Source: Klebsormidium nitens
Taxonomy: Eukaryota > Plantae > Klebsormidiophyceae
Reading direction: 5' to 3'
NCBI GenBank assembly: GCA_000708835.1
Contig: DF237155.1
Location: 62,001 to 126,000 of the forward strand
Length of the DNA stretch: 64,000 nucleotides
Shown in pieces: positions 1 to 13,272 of the stretch. Position numbers and translations under genes: made by a program. Below the pieces are notes generated by a model that saw only the letters and a program-made list of their open reading frames with translations, had not been told where the DNA came from and made no database searches. How positions within the stretch are numbered: the stretch's first letter is position 1; the number at the start of each line of letters is the position of its first letter.

Positions 1-96
1 TATCCAATTTTGTATGTTGTCTATGTTTTTCATCAATGTCTCCTGGAAGTGGTGTACACCTTGCTTTTTCCACGGCAGTCATTGTGGCCTTGTGAA

Positions 97-384
97 TCGC
101 ATCCAGTGTGCTTATCCAGGTTACAAGAGGATTAAGAATTTGTGCAAACAGTGAAGCCTCAGGCAAGACAGGCTATCGTAGCTTGGAACAAGTAGTGCTG
201 TTAGGCAATCAAGCAAGCAAAGAGCTTCAGGCTCACAAAGTCGCATCCAGTGTGCTTATCCAGGTTACAAGAGGATTAAGAATTTGTGCAAACAGTGAAG
301 CCTCAGGCAAGACAGGCTATCGTAGCTTGGATTAAGTAGTGCTGTTAGGCAATCAAGCAAGCAAAGAGCTTCAGGCTCACAAAG
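97..384. repeat. Tandem direct repeat, 2 x 144 bp
   Basis: 97-240 and 241-384 (TCGCATCCAGTGTG...GGCTCACAAAG) are identical except AC vs TT in GCTTGGA[AC/TT]AAGTAG. ORF 108..335 is a by-product of this repeat. Confidence 0.95.
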
Positions 385-3305
385 ATGCAACAATCTAAAG
401 AAGACGGTCCCAGGTCCACGAGGATGCCCAATCGAAGAAGGTTAGGCGCCTCACTTTTGTTGCTTCGCCGAATTTTCTCTGTGTCCTCACTATGCAGGTT
501 ACCCCGGGGTCTCCATGGTTTTGGGTCTATGCCTTTTGCTGCCACAACGGTTTGTTTCCTGTTGAGGCTCAGAGTGTGCATACCCTCATGCATTTTCTAT
601 GCCTTGTGCTCTATTGGGGCTTTGCCAATCTACAACCTAGGTCCGAGACGAGGTTTTTGGGAACCTAGAAGAACTCTACAGGTTTTGTTAACTTGGGACA
701 TGTCTCTTCCTTCCAACTTTGGGCACTGACGACAAGGCAAAAAATGGCAAGAGAAATAGGTGTTTGTTCAGAGGTTCACTATATCATGCCCTCGTTCGCC
801 ATCTGCTGTTCAGATGGTTAATTGCACCACTGATCTTGCTCTTGGGTTGAGTTCCACCTTTGCTGCTTTGGTGCGAGCAGCGCCCAAATGATGCATTGGC
901 TTGGTGGCGCCAAAGGGCAGTGTGATGGCCTTGGTTGGCAAGCAATCAAAGTGTGTCTGAATGGATCTTGTTCAATGAACTTCAGAAGTCTCCACTTTTG
1001 GTGCTTGGCTGCTTTAGATAGTCCCTTGTTCTTGCTCTTTGTCATGAAATGGTTCTTCTTGTATCGTTGCAAGCTTCCGATCATCTCTGTTTCAGAGTGA
1101 CTTGAACATGTCTCTTAAGCAGCTGCGTCCTTGTCTTGGAGCCTGGATAAGCGGGCAATTGTGTGAGTGCGAACAGAGCAGGCGGCCATCGCGAAGAAGG
1201 GAATGGGCAAAGAGGCGCTGACGGCCACGGTGCTCGGTGTAGTTTACCCTATCTTCTAACCTGCTTGCTTGATCTTTCAAACGACGAATCTCCGATGTGG
1301 AGCAGCTTTTCCACTTTGTGTGCCTGTCTCTGGGCTGAAGCCGCCGCCATTGACAAGCGAATGCAGCGTCTTATAGAAGTTTCGCCTTCTTGCAGAGTAA
1401 TTGGCGTCTTGTTCCTATAACTAATGATGGGACGACTTGCTTCCGCACCGTCTCTCATGTTCTCATTAGTCAAGCTTGAGCTTCTCTTTCTACGTTCCCG
1501 GGCTTGCGTTTCGGCCAATGCACGGATGCCCTTAGCGGAGGGGGCTTCGTTTCAAAGCGCCTGCATCCAGTTGGAGCCGCTTTGCAGAATGTAATCGAGC
1601 CCTCCATGCAGCAGGTGAGAGCACCATGTAGATTGTGTAACGTTTTCTAGACACGTGTTTGAACGGGCTTGAGCCTTGGTTGTCAACTGAACGCTCGAAA
1701 AGTACGTCTTTTTCCATTCAAATGAAACTCTGCCAGATAATTAGGCCTGGTCAATCTTAAGATCTTTGAACGGTATTCCAATGTGCTTTGGACGTGGCCC
1801 GGCTTAGAATTGTGCAGCGCAGCGCTGCAACCTCAAATGTCCGCGTTAGGACTGCTTCGTTATTACGTGCCAGCCTTACCGTGCTCACTCTTTTCTTCAT
1901 GTGTAGCAGGCAGTACATTTGCCCTCTGGCCAAAGGCTGACGGGCCCACCCTGACAAGAAGCGACTGTCGTTGCTGCCTCTTGCGCCCGTTCGTTTGTCA
2001 ACTCTAGCCCATCAATCATGCCATTCGCAAGCTTGTAAGGGATTTTTAAGAACGAAGCATCGATGAGTTCGATTCGATTGGGCTGAGCTTCGCCATGTGC
2101 ACCATTGAAAACAGGTAGAACGTGTCGTCGTCACGCTCTCTTGAGTGTTCGAAGACAGGGTTGTATGCATGAGCCCGTGGGTTGCTCGCTGACGCATCTC
2201 GTGTATGGTCCTCCAGCGACGCTCATGTGTTTTTCCCTTCCTCGTGAGCTTTACATCTTTGTGATGTTCCCTAAATTCACGACCCTCTTTCGAAGATGGT
2301 GCACCAGCTGTACCTACGTGGATCCTAGTAAACTTGCATGTCAGCAAGCAGCAAGTTTTCGCCCGTTATTGCCAAAGTGTCGATCGCTGGCCCGGCATAT
2401 TGGTTCCTTTTGAAATTGCGTCCGCGTCTGGACTAACTGACTTCGCGATCGCGCGGCCGGCATCGATCATGCACATCGCAAGCGGCACCCGCGCCGTGCT
2501 GTTTGCCATGCACATGGTTCAATTGAATTGTTTATGCACCTTACCCAATTCACATAGGCCCGGGGTGACATAGAAAAGTGAACTTTTGATGGAACATGCA
2601 TTCTTGGCATGCGTCTCTCGGTGAGTTTGATCCGACGCGTGCATGAGCTGTTCATGTGTACGCGTGGGCGGCCTCCGCGCATAGCCCATGGCTTATATAA
2701 CATGTTCAGTACCGAAGTCACATGTGCTGTTTCACGGCACCATGACAGTCCGACGTTATGATTGCAGTGCAAGGTGACGATTTTCCTGGTTGTCTAGTCT
2801 GCCCTGTGTTCTGATGTCATCGTACATGCACTGAGCAACGACGACGTATACAACTTCGTGCACTGGTCGGATGCTGATCTTGATTGCAGCTAGCATGCAA
2901 ATTCTTTGCGATAGTGCAGGTTCACGGACAACCAGAGTCTACCAAGCATAACGGAAATTCGATGTGAGATAACCAGCACATGCATCATTGTGTAACCAAG
3001 CAGCTATCGCCGGCTCCATTGACTTTGTCACTGTGGACGTGTATGGAATCCATTCGAGCCGCCGTATGTCACAGTCTTGCACACCAAAGGAGCATTTAGG
3101 GAAGTTGTCATCCTACGTGGTCAGAAGGTGTTGTGGGTTGAGCGAGCAGGCTGCACTACAACAACCACACGTGTTCCTATTTACTCAACGACTACGTACG
3201 TGCTCACTGGCCGGAGGCCAACGCTAAACCTGAACAACTAAAACGATCTGAAAGGCAATCGTTTTTCTGCAACAAATTACATGAAATCGGCTCATCACGT
3301 GGGTC

Positions 3306-6300
3306 TTACGACCCTCTAACTTGCACAGAGTCAGCTTCGATTCGCCTGTACCCTAGACCCACTGCTGCAGACACCCTTCTCCATACCCTGACCGAAAGCC
3401 CTCGCAAAACTGCGACAGCAAGGAGAAGTGCCGTCCAAAAGAGGCGGGCCCTTGCGGCAAGTGCCTGGGGCGGTTTTGAAGCAATGAGCTTTAAGAGCAG
3501 CCACGCACGTTTGAGCAGCACTCGCCGCTCCGTTTCCTTTGTGACTGCCCTTTCAGTCCGCCTACTTGAAGGCGAGTACACGACGAACGTGGCCAGACCT
3601 GTTGTCAATATCGGATCGCTGATAGCCACGATCTGGCTGACAGTAGCTGCCGGAGAGAAGGCTGCACTTCGGGTGGGACTGCAGTGCGTCTGTGACCCTG
3701 AGAGGGTTTCACTTGATGATACCCGCAGATGTGTGTCGGTGGGAGCTTCGAACAGCGTCCGATCGATGGCGTCTGCGGCGGCGGCTGCGAGAACCGCTCG
3801 GACAGGAGCTGCTGACGCGGAGGAGAAGCCGGCAGCAAAACGAACGAGGTCCTGCAAGAACAAGCCCTGTTCCTTAAGAGGAATCGTGACTACGACAAAT
3901 CTCCACATATTTTTCAGCCTCTCATACGGATGTTGTTCGATCCCAGGGCACGGGAATGAGAGCTATCTCATTGTTTGAGAACAGCGTGAGGTACTCAAGG
4001 ACAGTCGTCTCTTCTTCGAGTCAAAAGAAGCAAGGGCATGGAGCAACACGCAAAGAAGGTCACCGGATTGTCTCGGATTGAGAGTACCTGAAGCTTCGTT
4101 AAGTCGAGCTTTGAATGCGCACTCACAAAACAAAGCATTTGAGTTCCTCTTTTTCTTGCACCAAGACAAACGGCCCCAAGCAAGGTCCTCCGGAAAGGGG
4201 ACACAAAAGGTGGTGACGAAAAGGACCTAAGAGAACGTCGATGTGAGGAGATGACGGCTCACATTCAAGGGCAGCGATGCTAGAATGCACGACGGTCCAC
4301 GGGTATTGCTCACCATTCCGAGGAGAACTCGCCGCACCCCTGCGCCGCTGCTGCCAAGGATGATGCCAGCGGCTCGAGAGGCACGCTCTTGATGGTCGCC
4401 AGCAGCGCCAGTACTCGCCACCAGCTTTGTCGGTTCTACGCACGTGGTTTGCCGAAATTAGCAATCGAGCGAGGGACGAAAACACGAGGGAAGACATTCA
4501 AAATGCAGAGGGCAACTGGAAGAATGACACATTTAGCCAGGTGCGTGCCTCTTCATCGAACCAAGCCAGTTGCAGTGGACATGCAGATGCACGCAGATCA
4601 TGCTACTTAGCAAGCAACAAGCTGCCACCCAATGAAAAGGCAGGTTAGCGTTTCCTTCTGCGTACCTGTTCCAGAGGTCCCTGCCGCGAGCGCCGCAACC
4701 CTGTCCCAGCGGACGCCCCCCTGGCCGTCCGTGAGGAGCGTCCGCAAAACGCGCCGGGTCGTGGGCGTGTTCTCGGTGAGCAGCCGCCGGACCACGTGGG
4801 GGTATGCGCTGGCAAAGACTTTGAAGGACGGGTCAACCGTCAGGCCGATGCCCTCCAGGGAGGCCAGGTTACGCAGCACGAGCGTGAAGTAGGGGGGGAG
4901 CTTGAAGCGGAAGCGCAGCGCGATAGCCCACAGCTTGGAGGCCACCTGCAGGGGAAGTGACGGTTGGGGGACGGGTGAGCGTTTGCTTGATCTGGAGCGC
5001 GCAGTGTGCTCGTCTAACCTGGACCCAGAGGCTGAAATGACAACCGTAGCGGACTCACAAGGGGGTGTACTGAGAAAGGTCTTCAAGGATTACTTTCTCA
5101 ACTGCTGTCGGGTTTTGTAAGCTCTCTTCTCTGTACACATCGTGCTGTAGTCGTTCTTCAACACCAACGACAGAGTGTTCCTTGGGACGCATGCAAAGCA
5201 GAATGTGCTATGAAGAGCAGGCTGGGACTCTCCCCTCACGACATTGCGAGTCTTGCCTAGCTTCCAACCGTTGCACGCTGTCGCATACCTGTCCAAACCT
5301 GACACGTGGCACCCCACTTCCCGTGATCAGCGGCTGCGCGCCCCCTGTAAACGCTGCCGCCAGCGCCCTGGCGACTTTCCCCCGGTCGTTGGACGGCTTC
5401 AGGACGTCCAGCGCGTCCAGATCGTCCGTCAGCGCCGCCCACTCCGCGTTCACCAGGTGCGCAATCGCCGCCAGCATGGCAGCGCGGTGCTGAGGCATGA
5501 TGCGCGTTATCAGACCGAAGTCGAGGTATCTGCGAAAAGGCAAGGGTGACGTTTCGCTTCAATTCAGAGAGCATGACATTCTAAGGCGGACGAAGGTTGA
5601 GTTTGTGCAACAGAAAGCCAACGTTGGATCATAGTGAGTATACAACCCCGACAGGAATGCCTGAGCACCAGAAGCGCAGACTTTCTGAGGACGTAGAAGA
5701 GACGTCGCCTTCGATCTTGCTGTTTCCGTACCAGCTTCTATCCGGGCGACCGATTATGAAGCAAGAAGCTTCAACAGAAGCCCTGACCGTTGCTCCCGCT
5801 TGTAGGAAACTGCTCCCAACTGCAGAACGTGCCGGGAACCAGGGCAGAAAGCTCGTCTGTTCCAACTCACAGAAACATGCTGCCTTACAGCAACAGGCTA
5901 AGACAAGGTGTCAGCGGGCCAAGGAGCGCTCACACTAGTTTGCCATCTGCCTGGAGGAGCAGGTTCCCGGGATGTGGATCCGAGTGCATGACCCCCGTCT
6001 CAAGGAGCTGCACCAGCGACGACTCGATACCCATTGACACCTGCGCGGGTCGCCGAAACAGCTCAGCAAAAGCTCACCACTTCGCCTTCTATGACCTTTT
6101 CCCCCTGGCATCGAGGTGCAACTAGATTCTCGATGGTTCCACCAATTCTCGTTGGATAGATGCTGTGACAAAGCATTTGCATTTCCTTCCCTCCCTTTAA
6201 CGTGGCACGCGACCATCTCAACAGTTTGCGTCGCGCAATGACAACACCGGGGCCACAGATACAATTGCATCATGCCAAATGGAAGCGGATACCCACCAGT

Positions 6301-8964
6301 GAGAGCAGCTTAGTTTGCGCTTCGGACGACCCTGCGGACAAGCTCCGGGCGTCCGCTGCTGCCAGGAGGTCCACCGGACGGTCTCCCTCGATCCACTCCA
6401 TGGTCAACACGCGCCGCGCTGTGAAGTCGTGCAGCACGCGAGGGACAGCCACGAACGGGAGGTGGCGCTGCGAAGTCTGTGGTGAGGGGCGGGGAAAGAT
6501 CAGCGACCCGTGACACAGAAAGGGACTTGACTGATTGTCCGGAAACGCGGACCACGAGGATTCGTCTCATCACAACGATAACCAAGAGAGCGTTGCATAG
6601 ACGTCCGCCCTCGCTAAGCTCGCACAGAAAGAAAGCCAACGAAGTATGTCCCTGACCATCTCTCAGGAAAGGAGATCACCAGACCCTCGCAGAACCAGCT
6701 GAAAGCAAGATTCAAGGGCCGCGAAGCCCTCACCGCAAACAGTTCGGCGTTGGCCGCCTCCGCCCGGTAGTCGAGCTCCCCGTAGAGGCCGCATCCGAGC
6801 TCGTCCGCCAGCAGCCGCAGGTCCGAATTGATGCTGGCCACCTTGCGGACGCCCTGGAGCTGCACGTGCCACGTGGCAAAGTTGGGACGGTTGGCACATT
6901 TGAAGAGGAGTTATGGAGCCCATAATGTTTGACATTAAATTTAACAGCCAAGCTTTCTAAGTTGCGATCGAGAAAGTGATCTTAGCGCTTCACTCCTCAG
7001 CGTCCGACGCTGCTTGCACTGGCCGGGTGATGACGTGGCATACGTGCTTTCTTGACTTATCTGTTTCTTTGATGCTGAAGGTTAACGCCAAGGTCCCGAC
7101 GTTTTCTTTACTTTCGCAACTGCACGGTACACGCTTGGTGCGAAGCAAAAGGGCAGATTGAATGATCGGAACGTTCCTAAAAGGCGTTGTTCAGACAGAA
7201 AATAAGTCACCCTGAACAACGGCAATCGACCCCGACAACACAAAATGGAGGCTTACCAGAGAACGCAATATGTGGATGTCCAGAGCGACCGAGCGGAGCA
7301 CGCCCGGCCGCTGCACCTTGACCGCCACAGCCTCGCCAGCTTTGGTGCGGCCCTTGTACACCTGGCAAGCGGGAATAAGATTAGCCCACAAGTAGCACCC
7401 GCTTCTGGTTGTTTCAGTTTCTATGCCGACCTTACCAGACTTTTGACATGAAGACTTCTTCCATGAAGGGCAGTGCGATCCACGAAGTATGACTCTCTTC
7501 AAAAAAATTCCCCAGTTGATCTTCCGACATCTCTTGCTGCCTAGTAAAGAATCGCAGAAGCAGAACACAACCGGCGGTTCCAAAGCGTCTCTACTCAAGT
7601 CACACGTTTGGCTGTCACTATCACAAATGCGTTGAAGAGGGCTGCTGCCCACCTGTCCAAACGACGCCGCCGCGACGGGTTCGTCTGACAGCTCCGCGAA
7701 GAGGTCCGCTAGGGGGCGGCCTAGCTCCCGTTCGATGACGGCCATGGCCGCGGAGCTGCTGAAGGGCGGCAGTCGGTCCTGCAGCTCCGCTAGCACCTGC
7801 AAACGCAAATGTGCCTCAGTTTTGTACTCCCCTATCGTCACATGTCTGGTTTTCTTCCAGATCCAGGTCCTTGTTGGGTCGTCCCGGGTTCTGTTCACGT
7901 TCAAGTAGACGACCAAAGAAAGCGGGTCAGAAAAACCGCAGACAAAGCGCCGCAGTTAAGAAAAGCAAATGCAGTCGATCGTCTGCCATGCGAAGCACGA
8001 TCGGCAGATGATTATAATCTACGCATAAGGTACATTTATTACTTGAAGGAAAAATCAAGAAGCAGAGAAAAGAAATAACCCGATAGGGTCTTTCGGACGT
8101 ACGGCTGCCGTCTCTTCGCCCACAACGTCCGGCCGTGCGGACAGAGACTGCGCAGCCTTGATGAACGTCGGGCCGAGGCCGACCAGGGCCGTTTTCAGCC
8201 GCAGCGCAGACTGCCGCACCGCAGCGCGGCGTTCGGACCCGTCGGGCCGTCCGAAAGCGTCCGAAGCGTCGCGCGTTTTGGCGAGGTCGACCAGGGAAGG
8301 GACGCCCGCTGCCACGGTCGCTGCCGCGATCTGCAAGACACGGGCAAGAACTTCGTGAGGAGGACGCCTCTTGTGCCAGTCGAGAGCGCCAAGTAAGGGG
8401 GGAGAATGTGAACGTGTTCTTGCTGCTTGGCGAAGCAGCTCTGGTAAGTTGGAACAAGGCCGCTGAGCGGATAGGCGGGCTCAGTTTCAAGATTGTACTG
8501 ATGAAACAGTCTGGACCGCTCTGTTGTTGTTGCTCGTCATTGGCTCAGGTATTCAAGTGGATGAGGATAGACATGGCGACGGCCTTCATTTTGACTCGGT
8601 CCATGATTTGGACTTTTAGTGCTCCTTGGTACCCTCGCAATCAAGTCAGAATCACAGCTCGGAGATTCTGGTAGCCGGAAACCCAGCGCTGTGCTTGCTC
8701 CACTCCTCGCAAAAGGGGTCATTCAAAGTGCTAACTTTTACAAGAACGGAGTATGCTCTCACTAACCCCTGCTTCGTAACATTACCTGGAGCAGGCGGCC
8801 GACGACAAGGTGAGGCCTCCGTGCAAAGTAACCGCCGATGACCTCTGGTTCGTATGCATGCTGAAGAGGGACCCGCCATGAGCGCATCCACCAGCGGCCG
8901 TAAGCGAGCGCGCTCGCTAGCACGCGCTTATCGCCTTCGACAATGTCGGCAAACGTCGAACGCT
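3306..8964 (-). CDS. ABC1/COQ8 (UbiB) atypical protein kinase, core exons; most like the plant At2g39190 (ATH8) clade
   Basis: Phase-consistent GT-AG exons: 8964-8786, 8330-8103, 7796-7653, 7361-7257, 6859-6734, 6476-6297, 6040-5934, 5529-5289, 4945-4666, 4435-4314, 3851-3306. Motifs: LGPTFIKAAQSLSARPD, PVAAASFGQVY, VAVKVQRP, ELDYRAEA, VLTMEWIEG, HSDPHPGN, YLDFGL, LPPYFTLVLRNLASLEG. Confidence 0.93.
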
Positions 8965-9048
8965 CTGCAGAGGACGAGATGGAGACGACTTTCCGTTAAA
9001 GGCTAGGGGAGTGAAAGGATTCTCTGTAGGTTATTCATGAATCCAAAA

Positions 9049-9158
9049 GGGCCCACTTAGAAAAGGATGGCAAAGAATAACAGTGGGGAATGGGTCGAAA
9101 GGAGGGCCCACTTAGAAAAGGATGGCAAAGACAAACAGTGGGGAATGGGTCGAAAGGA
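9049..9158. repeat. Intronic tandem repeat, 2 x 55 bp
   Basis: GGGCCCACTTAGAAAAGGATGGCAAAGA[AT/CA]AACAGTGGGGAATGGGTCGAAAGGA at 9049-9103 and 9104-9158. Confidence 0.92.
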
Positions 9159-9598
9159 GGTGATCGGAACACAACCACAACCTGCAAAGAGGAAGCTTGG
9201 CTTATAAACGTTCAGAGACATTGCACAGATTGAGAGCACATGCTGGGTCTGAGTTGCTCAACCGGACAGGTTTCGACTCAGGCAGCGCATATCAACGAGT
9301 TTCTTGGAACGATAGCAACTGGCAAGGAGTGGGACAGCCCGCGGAATCCGTACACCCGCTCGGAGATCATGCCACCACGACTTTACAAAGGATTCCCCGT
9401 ACATCTCCTATCGTTGCAAACTTTTGTGGACTGGTTTCACTCTGCATCACAAATAGAGAACCTCGAAGAGCCTACAATTGCATCACTCGAGGTACTTGAA
9501 GGACTATCACCTTAAAACCACTAAGATAATGGCCTTTCAACCATTTTGAAAGGAGAGTGCCAGAAGAAACGAATCTGGCGCAACTTTTGTGTGCCAAC

Positions 9599-12458
9599 CT
9601 GGATACTGAAGCTCCAGCTTGGGCGCTGCCTCAGGCTTTGCTTGCGGGTCCTCCCACTTGCTCCACGACACAAGGTTAACGAACCCCGACGTCCGTCTTT
9701 CCTTCTGGACATGACCAGTTGCTTTCAGATCCCCGCCCTCAGTGTCTGCGCTGCTAGGCGCACCCGCTGCTAAACCTAGGCTGGGATCAATCGTCGGAGT
9801 GGGGTGGGGATCAGGAGGAGGTTTCTCAGGCCTTGAAATCGATTTTGGACGACCATTTGCTTGCCGGTCTGGGAGTGTATCTTTCCCAGAGCTTGGACCC
9901 GTATCTACCTTGGGGATTCCATTCCCACTAGCGGACCGCAGATCGACGAAAACCCTGGCTCCGCTGGCAATCGCCCCGTTTCCATTACCAAATGGCGCTC
10001 CAGGAGTCCCCTGAGAAGTCGCTGCTCCGGATTTCGCATCAGATTCGCCAGAACCTGGCGTCGGCCCGTTGGGCTGACTCCTTCCGACTCCATCCCCGCT
10101 TTCCTTGCTGGTACCAGTGCCTTCCCAAATTCTGGCTGCGGAGGCTTCCGCATCCACCAGGAGAGCGTCTCGACTGCTGGGGCCGGCCAGCCAGTGGGGG
10201 AACGACGGCTCCGCAACTTCCCCCAACTCCGCTCTTTCTTCTTTGAGGAGGATTCGATCCTCCAGGTCGAGGTCACAAAGGGTCTCAGCCAGGGCGGCAA
10301 GTTGGACTTTGTCGTCTGTAGGAGTGGGGGAGTCAATCGGTACCGCAGAGACAGGCTCGTCAGGAGCTCCGGCTACTCGTTCCACATTCCCTACCAGGGT
10401 TTCGTTCGATGATGCTAGTTCCTCAGCTGCTTGATCCAGAGGAGGCGCCTCGTTTGTGCGTAGGCTGCTGCCTGCAACAGGCTGCTCCGCTGCAGTCTCC
10501 TCGGCAGGTAAAACCGACTCGACTCCCGCCCTCGCTTCCGGACTCTCCGTCTCTAAACTTTCTGTGGATGGAGACAACGCTCCCGCCCTCGCTTCAAAAC
10601 TGCCTGCTTCAGCCCTTTCTTCAAAGGAAGAAGGGACCACTACCGCGTCTCCTTGTCCTTCAGGCAACGGTCCAGCTGTCAGTACGTTGACAGAGTCTAC
10701 CATTGGAATCACGCTCTCCACCTCAGTCGGAAGGCCAATCTCCGGAGCGTCTCCTACTTCTCCACCTGCTAGCCTCAGAGGATCCATTGCGTCCAGAACG
10801 ACTGGGGCTTGGCCAGGTTCTAAAACAGGGTCGGGGGTTTGAGGTTTCGGTTGCTCAGGTTCCAGGAATCGGGGCAAGATTTCGCGGTGGGAGTCACTTG
10901 TGGAGACCGCTTTGAAGAGGCGCGAGGCGAAGCCCTTAACTTTCCGTGCGAACTCCTCTCTAGGGTGTGCTTCTGGCCCCTCTGAGAGGCTCGCAGCCTT
11001 AACGCTTGCATCCTCCAGCACTTTGTCCCCTACAGGCCCACTAACCTTCTTCCTTTTGAATGCGTTAGCAGTTGGCCCGCTTGCTGCCGTCTGCTCCTGT
11101 GCCCCTCCCCTCTTCCCTTGCTTTCTAGCTGCCGTCTTTGGAGTGGCAGAAAAGCCCATTGCTGATAAGGGGATCGGTTCACTAGGGGGCAACTCAACGA
11201 CCGGTGCCTTCATCCCCAGGAACAACTCAAACCGCTTTACTTCAGCCCTCCCCTTGCCCCGAATGATTCTTGTCCCGCTTTTGGTGAATTCTCCGGGCTT
11301 TTCTGCCGCTTCCGCCGTCCCTGATGCATCGTCGCTTGGATTGTCGGGCGTTGCTTCCATGCTGATCCTCGCCCTTTGAGCTGTCCCGGACACCCCCAAC
11401 TTGGCCCCATTCTCCCCCACTTTTTGAAAACCTAGCAACCCCTTTTCTGCACCCAGCTTCTTCTTACTTTGCAAAGAGGACAAGCCAGCCGACTTCTGGC
11501 CTCTTCCCAGACCACCAGGGGAGTCTAAGTCCTCCCCATCGACCTCGGGGATCAGATCGCCACTATTTTGGCGGCTGGCAATGAAGGCGCCAAACTCCTT
11601 GTGTAAAGAAGGGGCCCCTATGCATTCAACCCCACATTCTGCTCCAACTTCACCTTCCTCTGGTTGTGGCACCTTGATTTCTTTGTCAGCTTCTGCAAGG
11701 AAACAAAAGTGTTTCTGGTCCCAATGTTGAGGTGGGCAATGCCACTTTGAGATGCTTGAAGGAGAACTTAGTGTCTACTTTTGGAGAAAAGTGCAAGCCA
11801 TTTAGATGGCCTTGTCTAAGTGCAAAGTCTGCAGCTCTAGTAGAACCACCTGGCTGTAGTTTCCAGACTTTCCACACTTACCCAGATTTGACCGAAGAAG
11901 CAAACACACTTGCTTCTGCAATTAATGAACGTTCTACAAGCAGGCTACAAACCTTGTTCTCACCACTCACATGACTGGTTCAGCTGCACAGTGCTTTGAG
12001 CTGAAGAATGCGCCTAAGAAACTGCCTATTACTGTCAAGGATAAAAGCACCTGCATTTTAGAGATTCAAAACAATGTGTGCACCAGCACACGACTCTCGG
12101 GACAGAAAATATGTGGCCCCCATAAAAATGAGATATAAAGCCCTCCTCACATTTTAGATTAAGACTTACCCTGGACTTCAGCGCCTTCTTTCTGAGTCAG
12201 AACCAGCTTGGAGCTGGTCCAGTGACTTTCACCACTCGCCTTCCCTCTCGACCCCTCTGCCCTGGAACCTCTTCCATTGAGTGCTCGTCTTAGTCTCGGT
12301 GCTGCTGACCAAATGCGTTCGTCAGGTAGACCAGAGAAGGGTTGAGCAGGCTGGCTAGAATGCAGCTGGTGATTAATGTGAAGCAAGGACGAACTCCTTG
12401 CAACATCTGTGGGGCAGCTGCAGCTGGCGCCCCTTGAAAGGACGCCAGGTCCGCCCAT
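9599..12458 (-). CDS. Probable 5' exons of the ABC1 kinase (transit-peptide-like exon plus a 2.1-kb low-complexity exon), or a separate upstream gene ending at 9537
   Basis: Exon 12458-12170 (MGGPGVLSRG...EVQ, donor GTAAGT, phase 1) joins acceptor TTGCAG at 11692 in frame with the 711-aa ORF. A phase-1 donor (CCAG|GTTGGC, 9599) matches the phase-1 acceptor at 8964. I found no ATG-bearing first exon for the kinase between 9537 and 8964. Confidence 0.6.
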
Positions 12459-13272
12459 GTCGCATGGACTTTCAGCACAAAGTGACAGGGTAGCTGGCCA
12501 GACCAGGGCGGTAAGTTAGAGGAGAGGCGAACTGCCAGAATGTGGAAGCTCTGCGCCACCGAAACGAATGCCTGCAGACTTTGGAGCACAAGAGCTAGGG
12601 AGGAGCCATTTTTCCGCCCTTTGCGGTGCTTCCGGCGGAACCAGTGGCAGTAGCAATTGCAGATCGGCCGGAAGGAAGTGAAGCCTTTCTGCGCGAGGCC
12701 ACGCGCGTTCATCAATTGTTCACATGACTCATGAGGCTGGAACTTGACACGTGTCGTTCTGCAAAATGCACCTGTCGTCCACCTGGCGACGAGTTCGGTG
12801 GACAAGTGGCACTTCTGCAGGGCCAAGTCCGGCCGCCGAGACTTGCAAGCTGGGACTCCGAGCTTGGGAGAAGCTCCGCAGCTGCGCAGCTTTCCTACCT
12901 AGCCGAGATTCGAGTCAGCTCACCTAGCGCCGCCTTCAAGCTCTAGAGCAGTGTTCGCTTCTTGGTCAGCTCTGGTCGCACCTGGTCGCACCCATACTTT
13001 CCTCGTAGTGACCCTCCATTCTAAGCGCAGGTCACCGAAGGCATTGAGGCGCTGCTGTGTAGAAAAAGGAGCGCGAGAGAAGAAAGTACTGCCTAGCCTG
13101 CTTTGTTAGGAAAGAGGCGGGCTCCTAAACCAGCGCTCTTGTTCAGAAGAGAAGATAGAGACGAAGAACTTGCTCGCAGTTTTTCGGATAATCGGTTGCG
13201 TCTGGTGCTAGATTCGGAGACGATTGTTCTAGAGCTAGATTGCTTTTTAGGAAGACCTGATATCTGGACACC

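Noticed and set aside
750-2400. Degenerate coding or transposon remnant on the minus strand
   Set aside because: There are several short protein-like peptides in different frames, but no motif, terminus or splice-consistent model that I can support.
3484-3978. 164-aa + strand ORF, and similar ORFs at 9861, 10900, 21264, 22254, 38895, 42808
   Set aside because: These are antisense shadows of GC-rich exons on the opposite strand, with no independent motifs.
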